From: Candidatus Woesebacteria bacterium UBA5941
Lineage (GTDB): Bacteria > Patescibacteriota > Microgenomatia > UBA8517
Length of the DNA stretch: 64,000 nucleotides
NCBI GenBank assembly: GCA_002430735.1
Contig: DJCV01000012.1
Location: 1,390 to 65,389 of the forward strand
Direction: 5' to 3'
Positions 30,891 through 40,389 of the stretch are shown here, in pieces. The position numbers and the translations under genes are program-made. The notes beneath the pieces were generated by a model that saw only the letters and a list, made by a program, of their open reading frames with translations, made no database searches and was not told where the DNA came from. Position 1 is the first letter of the stretch. Each line of letters opens with the position of its first letter.

Positions 30891-32089
30891 AGATTTTAAT
30901 GCTCGTTCCGTTTTTGCCTAATACTTCAATGTCTGGCGGCCAAACCCGCTGGTATAACATTATTAAAGGACTATCTAAAGAGCACGAAATTACGCTTTTT
31001 TCATTAATCAAAGACGAAAGCGAGAAAAAATTTATTCCAGAGCTTCAAAAATACTGCAAAAAAGTCAGAGTATTTAACCGCCCCAAGTCACCGTGGACGG
31101 TCAGAAACATTTTGCTTACAGCGTTTAGTTATTACCCACTCTTAGTTATTCGTAATTTCTCTCTCAAAGAACGTCGCGCAGTTGTAGCTGAGCTCAAGAA
31201 AGAAAAGTACGATCTCATTCATGCCGAGACGTTTTACGTTATGCCTCACGTTCCCAGTAATATCCCGCAGGTCCCATCGGTTTTAGTTGAACAAACGATT
31301 GAATACATGGTCTATAAGCATTATGTCGATCATGAAGTCCCTTGGTTTTTAAAGCCAATTTATTTACTCGATATTTTGAAGCTTCGATATTGGGAACTCT
31401 ATTTTTGGAAGAAGGCAAATAGGCTCGTTGCTGTATCCGATGAAGATCGTGAAGTAATGAGAAAGCTGATCCCAGATATTCAGGTCGATGTTATTCCAAA
31501 TGGGGTAGACGCAGCATATTTTGAAAAGTATCCGGTGAAGCGAAAGTCTCCTCCACGAGTTCTCTATGGAGCAGCTAACTTTAACTGGCTGCAAAATGTA
31601 GAGGCTGTAAATATTTTGCTTGAGGAAGTTTGGCCAGAAATTGTAACCAAAGTGAAGGATGCATATTTGTGGATTGTAGGTCGAAATATTCCTGAGTCGA
31701 TTTACACAAAAGCAAAAACACTCGATCGTGTCGAATTCACAGAATCGATTCCTGATGTACGTGATGCGTTAAAATCAGCTTCAATTATGGTGGTCCCTGT
31801 TGAGGGGCCTGGTGGAACAAGACTGAAAGTTCTTGAGGCAATGGCGTCAGGTCTCCCAGTTGTTTCTACATCAACAGGAGTTGCGGGACTTGGAATCGAT
31901 GAAGGAACTCATGCAATTGTAAGCCAATCCAGTGAAGGGATGGCTCGTGAAGTTGAGGCCCTCCTTAAGAACTCTAGTAGAGCAAAAAAGGTTGGTGAAG
32001 CAGGGAAGAAGTTTGTGGAGAAGTATTTTGACTGGTCTGTAATAGTGGGAATTCACAATAAAATCTATAAAGAACTTGTTCATGATTAA
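30887..32089 (+). CDS. glycosyltransferase family 4
   Basis: SGGQTR, IPNGVD, GGTRLKVLEAMASGLPVVST. Confidence 0.9.
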   Translation: MKILMLVPFLPNTSMSGGQTRWYNIIKGLSKEHEITLFSLIKDESEKKFIPELQKYCKKVRVFNRPKSPWTVRNILLTAFSYYPLLVIRNFSLKERRAVVAELKKEKYDLIHAETFYVMPHVPSNIPQVPSVLVEQTIEYMVYKHYVDHEVPWFLKPIYLLDILKLRYWELYFWKKANRLVAVSDEDREVMRKLIPDIQVDVIPNGVDAAYFEKYPVKRKSPPRVLYGAANFNWLQNVEAVNILLEEVWPEIVTKVKDAYLWIVGRNIPESIYTKAKTLDRVEFTESIPDVRDALKSASIMVVPVEGPGGTRLKVLEAMASGLPVVSTSTGVAGLGIDEGTHAIVSQSSEGMAREVEALLKNSSRAKKVGEAGKKFVEKYFDWSVIVGIHNKIYKELVHD

Positions 32090-32951
32090 GCCGTTGGTCT
32101 CTATTATTATTGTGAGCTATAACACGAAGGAGTTATTGTTGAACTGCCTCGCTTCAATTAAAGAATATAAAGACGTTTCTTTAGAGATTATTATTTCTGA
32201 TAACGGATCAACAGATGGAACTTTGGAGGTCCTGCGGAAATACAAAGATCTTCCGATCACGCTCATTGAAAACCAGGAGAACCTTGGATTTTCTAAGGGT
32301 AATAATGTCGGGAGAAAGTATGCAAAGGGCGAGTATGTTTTATTTCTTAACCCAGATACGCTCCTTCAACGGCATGTACTTTCAGAAACGCTCTCATATA
32401 TGCAAAACAGGCCGGATGTCGGAGCTCTGACGTGTAAAGTTGTTCTTCCTGACGGTTCACTTGATCCTGATACAAGAAGGTCATTTCCCACACCATTGGT
32501 TGCAATTACTCATTTTAGTGGTCTTGATCGACTATTCCCAAAGTCTCCAATCGTTGGACGGTATTGGTATGGGTACAAAGATGAAGATGAAATTTCAGAA
32601 ATTGATTGCTTGCAAGGAGCCTACTTTTTAACACGAAAAAAAGTATTAAATAAGGTCTCATGGTTTGATGAAGACTACTTTCTGGATGGGGAGGATATCG
32701 ATTTATGTTGGAAAATTAGAGAGCAGGATTTAAAAATAATCTATTATCCACAAATTGCAATTACCCACATTAAAAAAGGGTCGAAAAAGAAGAATAAATC
32801 CCGACGGTCAGTTACTGGTGGGGTACAGGCTATGGAAATCTTCTATCGAAAGAGAATGTGGACGAAATATCCACTCCTCGTTAATTACATGGTAATAGCA
32901 GGCATTAAAGTCTTGTTGCTTATTAGGACGGCGAAGTTTTATTTATCATGA
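32082..32951 (+). CDS. glycosyltransferase family 2 (WbbL-like)
   Basis: DNGSTDG, NLGFSKGNN, FLNPD, GEDIDLC. Confidence 0.9.
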   Translation: MIKPLVSIIIVSYNTKELLLNCLASIKEYKDVSLEIIISDNGSTDGTLEVLRKYKDLPITLIENQENLGFSKGNNVGRKYAKGEYVLFLNPDTLLQRHVLSETLSYMQNRPDVGALTCKVVLPDGSLDPDTRRSFPTPLVAITHFSGLDRLFPKSPIVGRYWYGYKDEDEISEIDCLQGAYFLTRKKVLNKVSWFDEDYFLDGEDIDLCWKIREQDLKIIYYPQIAITHIKKGSKKKNKSRRSVTGGVQAMEIFYRKRMWTKYPLLVNYMVIAGIKVLLLIRTAKFYLS

Positions 32952-34060
32952 AAATTGCAATTGACGCTCGCTTTTACGGCCTTGAGAATGCAGGGCTTGG
33001 TCGATATACCATGAATCTTATTGCAGAACTGCAAAAAATCGACACTAAAAATGAGTACACACTGTTATTGAACGAAAAGTGGTGCAAGTCGCTTTCTCTC
33101 TCTCCTAACTTTACAAAGGTACTTGTGCGTGCACGCCACTACAGTGTTGCTGAACAGAGAGAGGTTCCTATGGTTTTAAAAAAAATTAATCCGGACCTCA
33201 CACATTTTCTACATTTAAATGTCCCTCTTTGGTATAACCGTCCATATGTTGTAACCATTCATGATTTACTTATGCACTCAGGTATTGGTAAAGAGGCAAC
33301 AACACTTCCGCTATGGAAATTTCTCATTAAGCGCTTAGGCTATAGAGCTGTATTTGATCACGCGGTGAAGAGTGCACAAAAAATAATTGTTCCCTCGAAA
33401 TTTGTGAAGTCGGAGCTTGAGAAAACGTATCCACAGGTACTCGATAGGATATCGGTTATTTATGAGGGAGTGAGCTTACAAGAGAACCATGCGAAGACAA
33501 GCGTCAGAATCTCTGACGAGTATTTCCTGTATGTCGGGAATGCATATCCGCATAAAAATCTAAAGACGTTGTTGTCAGCTATTTCATATTTAAATGTTAA
33601 AAGAGAACAATCAGTGAAGCTGGTTTTGGTTACCCCTCGTGATGTGTTTACTGAACGATTGAAAAAGGAAATTGAAAAAACGAAGACTAAACATCTGGTC
33701 ATCCTCAAAAGCGGTGTTGATGACGATGAATTACAATCGCTATACGCACATGCAAAAGCGTTTGTGTATCCAAGTTTCTCTGAGGGCTTTGGATTGCCTG
33801 GACTTGAAGCAATGCAAAGTAATACCAGGCTTGTCGTATCTGACATCCCGGTTTTCCATGAAGTATATGAAGATAACGCGCTGTACTTTAATCCCCATGA
33901 TGTTGAAAGTATGAGCTTAGTACTTTTACGAGTTCTCAATGAAAAAAACGAGAAGCGATTTGGTGCGCTCCGGAAAGCGTCCTCATTTGCAAAGCGCTAT
34001 TCATGGACTGCAATGGCAAAAGAAACAGTAAAGCAATATAAAAGCCTGTCACAAGTGTAA
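32948..34060 (+). CDS. glycosyltransferase family 4 (MtfB-like)
   Basis: TIHDL, YVGNAYPHKN, EGFGLPGLEAM. Confidence 0.9.
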   Translation: MKIAIDARFYGLENAGLGRYTMNLIAELQKIDTKNEYTLLLNEKWCKSLSLSPNFTKVLVRARHYSVAEQREVPMVLKKINPDLTHFLHLNVPLWYNRPYVVTIHDLLMHSGIGKEATTLPLWKFLIKRLGYRAVFDHAVKSAQKIIVPSKFVKSELEKTYPQVLDRISVIYEGVSLQENHAKTSVRISDEYFLYVGNAYPHKNLKTLLSAISYLNVKREQSVKLVLVTPRDVFTERLKKEIEKTKTKHLVILKSGVDDDELQSLYAHAKAFVYPSFSEGFGLPGLEAMQSNTRLVVSDIPVFHEVYEDNALYFNPHDVESMSLVLLRVLNEKNEKRFGALRKASSFAKRYSWTAMAKETVKQYKSLSQV

Positions 34061-34118
34061 CAGGCTTCCGTCGATATTGTGCTCCTTTTTCGATCGGTCG
34101 GTGTTATTATAGGCACAG

Positions 34119-35204
34119 ATGCATACAAAGGCAAAAAAGGTAGCGATCGTATATGACCGGGTTAATAAATGGGGTGGTGCAGAACGTGTTTTGTTATCCC
34201 TTCACGAATTGTTCCCAAATGCTGATTTGTTTACCTCCGTATATGACAAAAAAGGAGCGCCCTGGGCGTCTTCATTTAAGAATGTGAAAACGTCCTTTGT
34301 GCAGTACATCCCATTGGCAAAAAGAAACCATGAATACTTTGCACTTCTTATGCCAATGGCTTTTGAATCGTTTAATTTTTCCACGTATGACGTAGTTATT
34401 TCAGTAACGAGCGAAGCGGCAAAAGGGGTGATCACTGGACCAGACACACTGCACTTGTGTTATTGCTTAACTCCTACCCGATATTTGTGGAGTGGACGAA
34501 AAACATATTTTGATTCTGCTTTAAAACGGGCAATAACAAAGCCAGCCCTCACGTACTTGCGTAACTGGGACCGGACAGCCAGTGGACGGCCAGACAAAAT
34601 GATAGGAATTTCCACAGAAGTAAAAAAACGAATACAGAGATATTACGGGCGGGAAAGCGCTTTGATATTCCCACCTGTCGAGACTGAACTGTTTATAAAT
34701 ACGAAAAAGAGAAAAGGTGAGTACTTCCTGCTCGTTTCACGATTAGTTGGATATAAAAAGGTGTCTCTTGCGGTTAAGACGTTTAATCAAATCGGCGAAA
34801 AGTTAATTATTGTAGGAACTGGTAGACAGGAGCGTCATTTGAAATCCATTGCAAACCGTAATATTGAATTTCGTGGCACGGTAAGTGATCAAGAACTTGC
34901 GAAATTGTATGCAGGTGCAAAAGCTCTCATCTTTCCTCAGCATGAGGACTTTGGTTTAGTATCCCTCGAAGCACAAGCCGCGGGGACGCCCGTAATTGCC
35001 TACAAAAAAGGAGGTAGTCAAGATACGGTGAAAGATAAAAAAACTGGACTTTTGTTTAATAAACAAACAATTACCAGCTTAACCAGGGCAATACAGAGCT
35101 TCAATGAAAGAGATTTCAACCCAAAAGTATTGAAAAATCACGCCAAACAATTTGAAAAGAAGCGTTTCCTAGATGAATTTGCTACAATGCTTTCATCGTT
35201 ATGA
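34119..35204 (+). CDS. glycosyltransferase family 4 (WbaZ-like mannosyltransferase)
   Basis: GGAERVL, YCLTPTRYLW, EDFGLVSLEAQAAG. Confidence 0.9.
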   Translation: MHTKAKKVAIVYDRVNKWGGAERVLLSLHELFPNADLFTSVYDKKGAPWASSFKNVKTSFVQYIPLAKRNHEYFALLMPMAFESFNFSTYDVVISVTSEAAKGVITGPDTLHLCYCLTPTRYLWSGRKTYFDSALKRAITKPALTYLRNWDRTASGRPDKMIGISTEVKKRIQRYYGRESALIFPPVETELFINTKKRKGEYFLLVSRLVGYKKVSLAVKTFNQIGEKLIIVGTGRQERHLKSIANRNIEFRGTVSDQELAKLYAGAKALIFPQHEDFGLVSLEAQAAGTPVIAYKKGGSQDTVKDKKTGLLFNKQTITSLTRAIQSFNERDFNPKVLKNHAKQFEKKRFLDEFATMLSSL

Positions 35205-36286
35205 AGATTGTTATTTTCTGTGGTGGCTACGGGACTCGAATGTGGCCAGCAAGCCGAAAAAGTTATCCAAAGCAATTCTTTCCGATTATAGGCGGAAAAT
35301 CCTTCTTTGAGCACACACTTCATCGATTTGAAAAAGCATATAAGCCAGAAGATATTTTAATTTCAACGGAAGCTACTTACGCTGACTTTATTTATAAACT
35401 GGCACCAGAAATCCCTGTAGAGAATGTGATTATTGAGCCCGAGAGACGCGATAACCTTGCTGCAATTGCATTAGTTACCGCGCTCTGCGAGAAACGTTTC
35501 CCAGGAGAAGTGATTTTCTTTAGTTGGTCTGATCACTTGATCAAAAAAGAAAAGGAATTTTTACAGTATGTGAAAGTTGCAGGCGATTATGCACATGAAA
35601 CAGGCACCCCTGTTTCAGTGAACGAATATCCAACATTTCCAAATATCTACGATGGATGGCTGCACTTCGGAAATAAGATTAATACCTATAACGGTGTGAA
35701 TCTGTATGAAATTGAAAAGTTTATAGAGAAACCGAATCTGCAAACTGCGAAGCGGCTCTTTAAATCAAAAGGATACTTAATCCATACCGGTTATGGTGCG
35801 TGGCGAATTGATCGCCTGGTTGGCTATTTCAAAGAATATGCAGGCGAAAGCTACGCCCACGTTGAAAAAATTGCACAGACCTGGGGTACCGATCAGTTTG
35901 AATCAACATTGAAAAGTGAATATGGAAAAATTGAAAAGAATTCAATTGATTATGGACTCTTTGAAAAAATCCCTGCAAATGAACGGCTTACGATGGCCGT
36001 AGATACTGGTTGGCAAGATGTCGGTACTTGGCAGCTTATGTTTGAATCACTCGCCTCTGATGCAGAGGCAAATCTCGTTGAAGGAGAAGGAAAAGCTCGA
36101 TTTATTGATGCTTCTGGAAATCTCGTTGTCGGGAGTAAAGGCAAAATGGTTGCCGTTATTGGATTATCAAATATTGCAGTAATAGATACTCCAACTGGCT
36201 TACTGGTAAGTTCACTTGAAAAAACTGCACGCGTGAAGGAATTATTTGGTATGCTTGAAAAAGATGATCCGGATTTCGTAAACTAG
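35201..36286 (+). CDS. manC: mannose-1-phosphate guanylyltransferase
   Basis: GGYGTRMWPASRKSYPKQF, SDH, FIEKP, SIDYG, WQDVGTW. Confidence 0.88.
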   Translation: MKIVIFCGGYGTRMWPASRKSYPKQFFPIIGGKSFFEHTLHRFEKAYKPEDILISTEATYADFIYKLAPEIPVENVIIEPERRDNLAAIALVTALCEKRFPGEVIFFSWSDHLIKKEKEFLQYVKVAGDYAHETGTPVSVNEYPTFPNIYDGWLHFGNKINTYNGVNLYEIEKFIEKPNLQTAKRLFKSKGYLIHTGYGAWRIDRLVGYFKEYAGESYAHVEKIAQTWGTDQFESTLKSEYGKIEKNSIDYGLFEKIPANERLTMAVDTGWQDVGTWQLMFESLASDAEANLVEGEGKARFIDASGNLVVGSKGKMVAVIGLSNIAVIDTPTGLLVSSLEKTARVKELFGMLEKDDPDFVN

Positions 36287-36312
36287 TGGTTCGTCATATA
36301 GAATAGATACGT

Positions 36313-38355
36313 ATGGAAAAAAATGCCCATGACATTCCACAAATAAAACCTGCATCAGTGCTTGAACCAAACCTTGAGCACGACATACCGAAGATTACGC
36401 CTGAAGACATGCATGTACCCATGAAACAAGCAACTCATTCAACAGCTAAACCCAGAACGAAGCGAAACAAAAAGGCAATTCGTATTGCGGGTATTGTCTT
36501 AGTTGTACTACTCGTTGTAACGGGGATTTTTGGGGTGTTGCTTGGTATCCCTGCGTTTGCTGTATACAAAGAGTCTCAAATATTAGCTCAGAAGGGGCAA
36601 GCACTGAAAGCATCCATCGCAACAAATGACATTAGTGTTGTAAAGGCAGAGCTTCAAACATTTGAAGGTGCATTGGGCTCTTTCCAAGGAAAATTTAAAG
36701 GAATGGCTCTTATGAAACCACTGCCTATTTTGGGAGCCTATTACCAGGACGGTGAGCATGGTATTCAAGCGGGTCTTTACGGTATCCAAGCAGCCAAGTT
36801 ACTCCTTGAAACAGTAGAGCCATATGCTGATATCATTGGATTTAAAGGTGCAGCGAGCAAAGTAGCCACAAGCGGTGCTGAAAATGCCAATAATCGGCTC
36901 GAATTTTTAATTAATACTATTAAAGGCGTTACTCCAAAGATTGGTGAGATTTCTGAAAAAGCAGCTCTAGCAGAAAAGGAACTTGAAACAATTGACCCTT
37001 CACGATATCCAGAAAACTTTAGAGGGATTAAAGTACGCGAACAACTTACTCAGTATCTTGATCTTGCCAAACAAGGAACAACAGTACTTGCTCAAAGTAA
37101 GCCTCTTGTTGAACAAGCTCCATATTTATTAGGAGTTGATGAACCACGTAAGTATTTACTTATCTTCCAAAACGACAGCGAGTTGCGTCCAACCGGTGGG
37201 TTTTTAAGTGCATATTCAATTATTGAAATTTCTAAAGGAAAGTTTAGGTCAGTATCTTCGAATGACATCTATATGTTAGATGATAAATATAAGCCTTCTA
37301 TTCAAGCACCTGACATATTCCCTGAATATTTAGCAGGTATTTATGTCGCCAACAACAAGTTCCGTTTGCGCGACATGAATTGGTCCCCAGACTTTAGAAC
37401 CAGCATGGAAATGTTCCTTCCTGAAGCGCAAAAGGCAGGCCTAACTGGGTTTGATGGAGTTATCATGGTTGATACAAAGGTCCTTGGAAATTTGCTCGAA
37501 GTGATTGGACGAGTCGGAGTTCCTGGATTTGGTAATTTTGGAACACAAACTGATAAACGCTGTAACTGTCCAGAGTATATTTATGTGCTCCAAGACTATA
37601 CAAGCGTGGAAGGACCGGTTGTATGGAGTCAGGATGAACCTGGAAAAATTATCTTTGCACCTGCTAACTATGGTAAGAATCGAAAAGATATTTTGGGTGT
37701 ACTTATGAATTCAGTACTCTCCAATACCTTAGGACAACCAAAGGAGAAACTTCCAGCCTTATTCCAAGCGGCATGGGATTCTGTGATTGGAAAAGATGTT
37801 CAAATGTACATGTTTGATCCAGATGCTCAAGCTGCACTGGAGTCGTTTAATTTAGCTGGTCGCATTCAGGAAACAACGGGTGACTATCTCCATATTAATA
37901 ACGCGAACCTCGGAGGACGAAAGTCTAACCTTTATGCAACGAATGAAGTTGCACAGACATTTAAGAGAAATAGTGATGGGTCTGTTGAGAAAACCGTTGA
38001 GATTACCTATAAAAACCCTCAGAAGTACGATGGATGGTTAAATTCAGTGCTCCCAACATATACTCGCATTTATGTTCCAAAAGGAAGTACTTTAATTAAA
38101 GCTGATGGATTTGAGACACCTGGAGAAACATTTGAAGAACTTGGGAAGACCGTTTTTGCTGGAGGCTTTAAATTGAGACCTGAAGGTTCAAAGAAAATTA
38201 CAGTAACATACAAAATTCCTGGAACCTATGGTGGTACATTGCAAACGTTAATTCAAAAGCAACCTGGTGTTGAGTCTCTCTACACCGTAACCGGAAATAG
38301 ACAGGTTGAAGAGTTTATGCTCTTGCAAGACAAGGCAATGACTATTCGCTTGTAA
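36313..38355 (+). CDS. DUF4012 domain membrane-anchored protein
   Basis: N-terminal TM, helical stalk, YLLIFQNDSELRPTGGF, RDMNWSPDF, NLGGRKSN. Confidence 0.85.
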   Translation: MEKNAHDIPQIKPASVLEPNLEHDIPKITPEDMHVPMKQATHSTAKPRTKRNKKAIRIAGIVLVVLLVVTGIFGVLLGIPAFAVYKESQILAQKGQALKASIATNDISVVKAELQTFEGALGSFQGKFKGMALMKPLPILGAYYQDGEHGIQAGLYGIQAAKLLLETVEPYADIIGFKGAASKVATSGAENANNRLEFLINTIKGVTPKIGEISEKAALAEKELETIDPSRYPENFRGIKVREQLTQYLDLAKQGTTVLAQSKPLVEQAPYLLGVDEPRKYLLIFQNDSELRPTGGFLSAYSIIEISKGKFRSVSSNDIYMLDDKYKPSIQAPDIFPEYLAGIYVANNKFRLRDMNWSPDFRTSMEMFLPEAQKAGLTGFDGVIMVDTKVLGNLLEVIGRVGVPGFGNFGTQTDKRCNCPEYIYVLQDYTSVEGPVVWSQDEPGKIIFAPANYGKNRKDILGVLMNSVLSNTLGQPKEKLPALFQAAWDSVIGKDVQMYMFDPDAQAALESFNLAGRIQETTGDYLHINNANLGGRKSNLYATNEVAQTFKRNSDGSVEKTVEITYKNPQKYDGWLNSVLPTYTRIYVPKGSTLIKADGFETPGETFEELGKTVFAGGFKLRPEGSKKITVTYKIPGTYGGTLQTLIQKQPGVESLYTVTGNRQVEEFMLLQDKAMTIRL

Positions 38356-38897
38356 TGCGTGGAAGATCACGTTCTTCACTACTTCACGGAATTGTAATTG
38401 GAAGTACCCCTCAAGGAGAAGCTGACAATCTAATAACCTTTTATACGAAAGAAAAAGGACGGTTGTCTGCCATTGGGAAAGGTGCTCGAAAAATAGCAAG
38501 TAAAAAAAGAGGTGCGCTGCAAGTTTTTAATCAGGTGTCGTTTGAATATATTGATACTGGTGGTTTAGGTCTTGTGACTGAAGCGAAATTAATTCGTTCG
38601 TTCCAAAATATTCAGCTTGATTTAAAAAAGCTTTCCCTCGCATTCTTCTTTTGCGAAGTGACTCGTAAAATTACCCCAGAACACGTTCCACAACCTGAAA
38701 TATATGCACTGCTCGTTTCTGCAATGATGACGCTTGAAAAGGAGTCCAAACTTCGCATGGTTAAAAATACATTCATTAGAAAGATACTCGACTATACGGG
38801 GTTTTCTTCCGAGGAAATGGTGGACCCAATGAAACATTTACAGGATGTATTAGAGCGCGATTTGGGCAGCGTACGCATCGGACGGATGATACAATAG
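38355..38897 (+). CDS. recO: DNA repair protein RecO (short form)
   Basis: GEADNLITFYTKEKGRLSAIGKGARKIASK; no zinc finger. Confidence 0.9.
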   Translation: MRGRSRSSLLHGIVIGSTPQGEADNLITFYTKEKGRLSAIGKGARKIASKKRGALQVFNQVSFEYIDTGGLGLVTEAKLIRSFQNIQLDLKKLSLAFFFCEVTRKITPEHVPQPEIYALLVSAMMTLEKESKLRMVKNTFIRKILDYTGFSSEEMVDPMKHLQDVLERDLGSVRIGRMIQ

Positions 38898-38901
38898 CCC
38901 G

Positions 38902-39999
38902 ATGAATACTTTCTTGTGTCCTCATTGTGGTAAAGACGTTGAACTCTCTGAAGCAGTTAAACACCAGCTTGAAGAAACAGTTCGTGCTGAGACAGAGGCA
39001 CGAGTTCGAAAGGAAATAACAGAGCAAGCTTCAATTGAGTTAGAAGACTTAAAAAAAACCATTTCTGAGAAAGACAAGAAAATGGATGAAATGCGTAAAG
39101 CAGAAATGGACCTGCGCGAACAAAAGCGAAACCTTGAGGAGCGCGAAAAAAGTATGGAACTTGAAATGGCTCGACGTATCGACGAGCAAAAGAAAAACCT
39201 TTCACAAGAAATTCGAAAGCAGGCTGACGAGGAATATCGCTTCAAAGAAATGGAAAAGGAAAAAGTGATCTCACAACTGCGAGATGCACTGGACGACGCA
39301 CGGCGCAAAGCAAGCCAGGGCAGCCAGCAACTTCAAGGTGAGGTGTTAGAGCTGGACCTTGAAGAGAACTTGCGTGCAAGCTTTCCAGGGGATCTTATCG
39401 AACCAGTTGGAAAAGGGGTTCGAGGTGCTGACATTAGGCAAGTTGTAAAAACGCCGTTAGGAAACATTTGTGGAACAATTCTGTGGGAGAGTAAACGGAC
39501 CAAAGCGTGGAGCGATGAATGGGCTACGAAACTCAAAGAAGATTTACGAGCCGAGAAAGCTGATGTTCCTATTATTGTGACAATGGCTTTTCCGAAAGAC
39601 ATGAATCCTTCGATGGGTTTATATGACGGTGTGTGGGTTGTGAAGTATGACTTGGCGTTAATTCTGGCTCAACTCATTCGAAAAAATATTTTAGACGTTG
39701 CACGGCAAAAAGCAGTTTCAGCACAAAAGTCAGATAAGGCGAGTTTGCTCTACGACTATGTGATGGGGCATGAATTTAGGCAACAAATCGAATCCTTGAT
39801 TGAAGTGTATAAAGAGATGCATGATCAAGTTGATAAAGAGCGAGCAGCGTTTGAGCGCATTTGGAAAGCGCGAGAGGCGCAACAAAAACGTCTTATGCTT
39901 GCAACTGTTAACGTGTATGGAAGTATGCAAGGGTTAGTTGGGGGTAGTATGCCGCAAATCAAAGGCATTGAATTAGAATTAGGGGAAGGACAACAGTAG
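38902..39999 (+). CDS. DUF2130 domain protein
   Basis: CPHCG, coiled coil, QGSQQLQGEVLELDLE, ILWESKRTKAWS. Confidence 0.85.
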   Translation: MNTFLCPHCGKDVELSEAVKHQLEETVRAETEARVRKEITEQASIELEDLKKTISEKDKKMDEMRKAEMDLREQKRNLEEREKSMELEMARRIDEQKKNLSQEIRKQADEEYRFKEMEKEKVISQLRDALDDARRKASQGSQQLQGEVLELDLEENLRASFPGDLIEPVGKGVRGADIRQVVKTPLGNICGTILWESKRTKAWSDEWATKLKEDLRAEKADVPIIVTMAFPKDMNPSMGLYDGVWVVKYDLALILAQLIRKNILDVARQKAVSAQKSDKASLLYDYVMGHEFRQQIESLIEVYKEMHDQVDKERAAFERIWKAREAQQKRLMLATVNVYGSMQGLVGGSMPQIKGIELELGEGQQ

Positions 40000-40012
40000 T
40001 TATCCTCCCCCT
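39981..40012 (-). terminator. terminator-like hairpin for the antisense orphan gene
   Basis: Minus strand AGGGGGAGGATAAC-TACT-GTTGTCCTTCCCCT forms 14 bp with two G-U pairs that only work on this strand; U-tail is weak. Confidence 0.55.
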
Positions 40013-40022
40013 TGGTGCGACC

Positions 40023-40307
40023 TTACATCATCCTGTAAAAGATGCACCTGTAGAATAAGAGGGATTGCTCCCCCGTGCCGATTTGGGAATACTGATCATG
40101 TATTACTGGGCCAGGGATCCATCCATTCTCAATAAGCGCTGCCATCTCATCAAGACCCCAAGAATGCTTGTCACCCGACTCGGGTCCCAGCATATTTGTT
40201 AATTCGCTTCCAGTATGTTTGTTCAGGACTCCAGTGAACCATGAATCAACAAAGTCCTGACCACTTGCTGGTTGCCTTGTAACAAAAACTTGAATAACTT
40301 CAGCCAT
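40023..40307 (-). CDS. hypothetical protein (94 aa)
   Basis: MAEVIQVFVTRQ...; TAGGAG SD at 40320-40315; own promoter. Confidence 0.7.
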   Translation of the reverse strand: MAEVIQVFVTRQPASGQDFVDSWFTGVLNKHTGSELTNMLGPESGDKHSWGLDEMAALIENGWIPGPVIHDQYSQIGTGEQSLLFYRCIFYRMM

Positions 40308-40335
40308 GTCAGATCTCCTAAATTGCGGACATAAC

Positions 40336-40364
40336 ATTATAAGGTGTATACGGTCGTTTTTCAA
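40336..40364 (-). promoter_or_regulatory. sigma70-type promoter
   Basis: TTGAAA-17 nt-TATAAT. Confidence 0.7.
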
Positions 40365-40389
40365 AAGTATTCATAGTACAATAGCGAAT

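Noticed and set aside
1-36286. Phase-variable homopolymer tracts or frameshifted glycosyltransferases
   Set aside because: Only short A/T runs expected in AT-rich DNA; no long G/C tracts; ORFs appear intact
40306-40389. N-terminal extension of GlyRS (and similar extensions at 4292, 7333, 29403, 48727, 56884)
   Set aside because: Longest-ORF artefacts; internal ATGs fit stop/start overlaps, -10 boxes and family N-termini better
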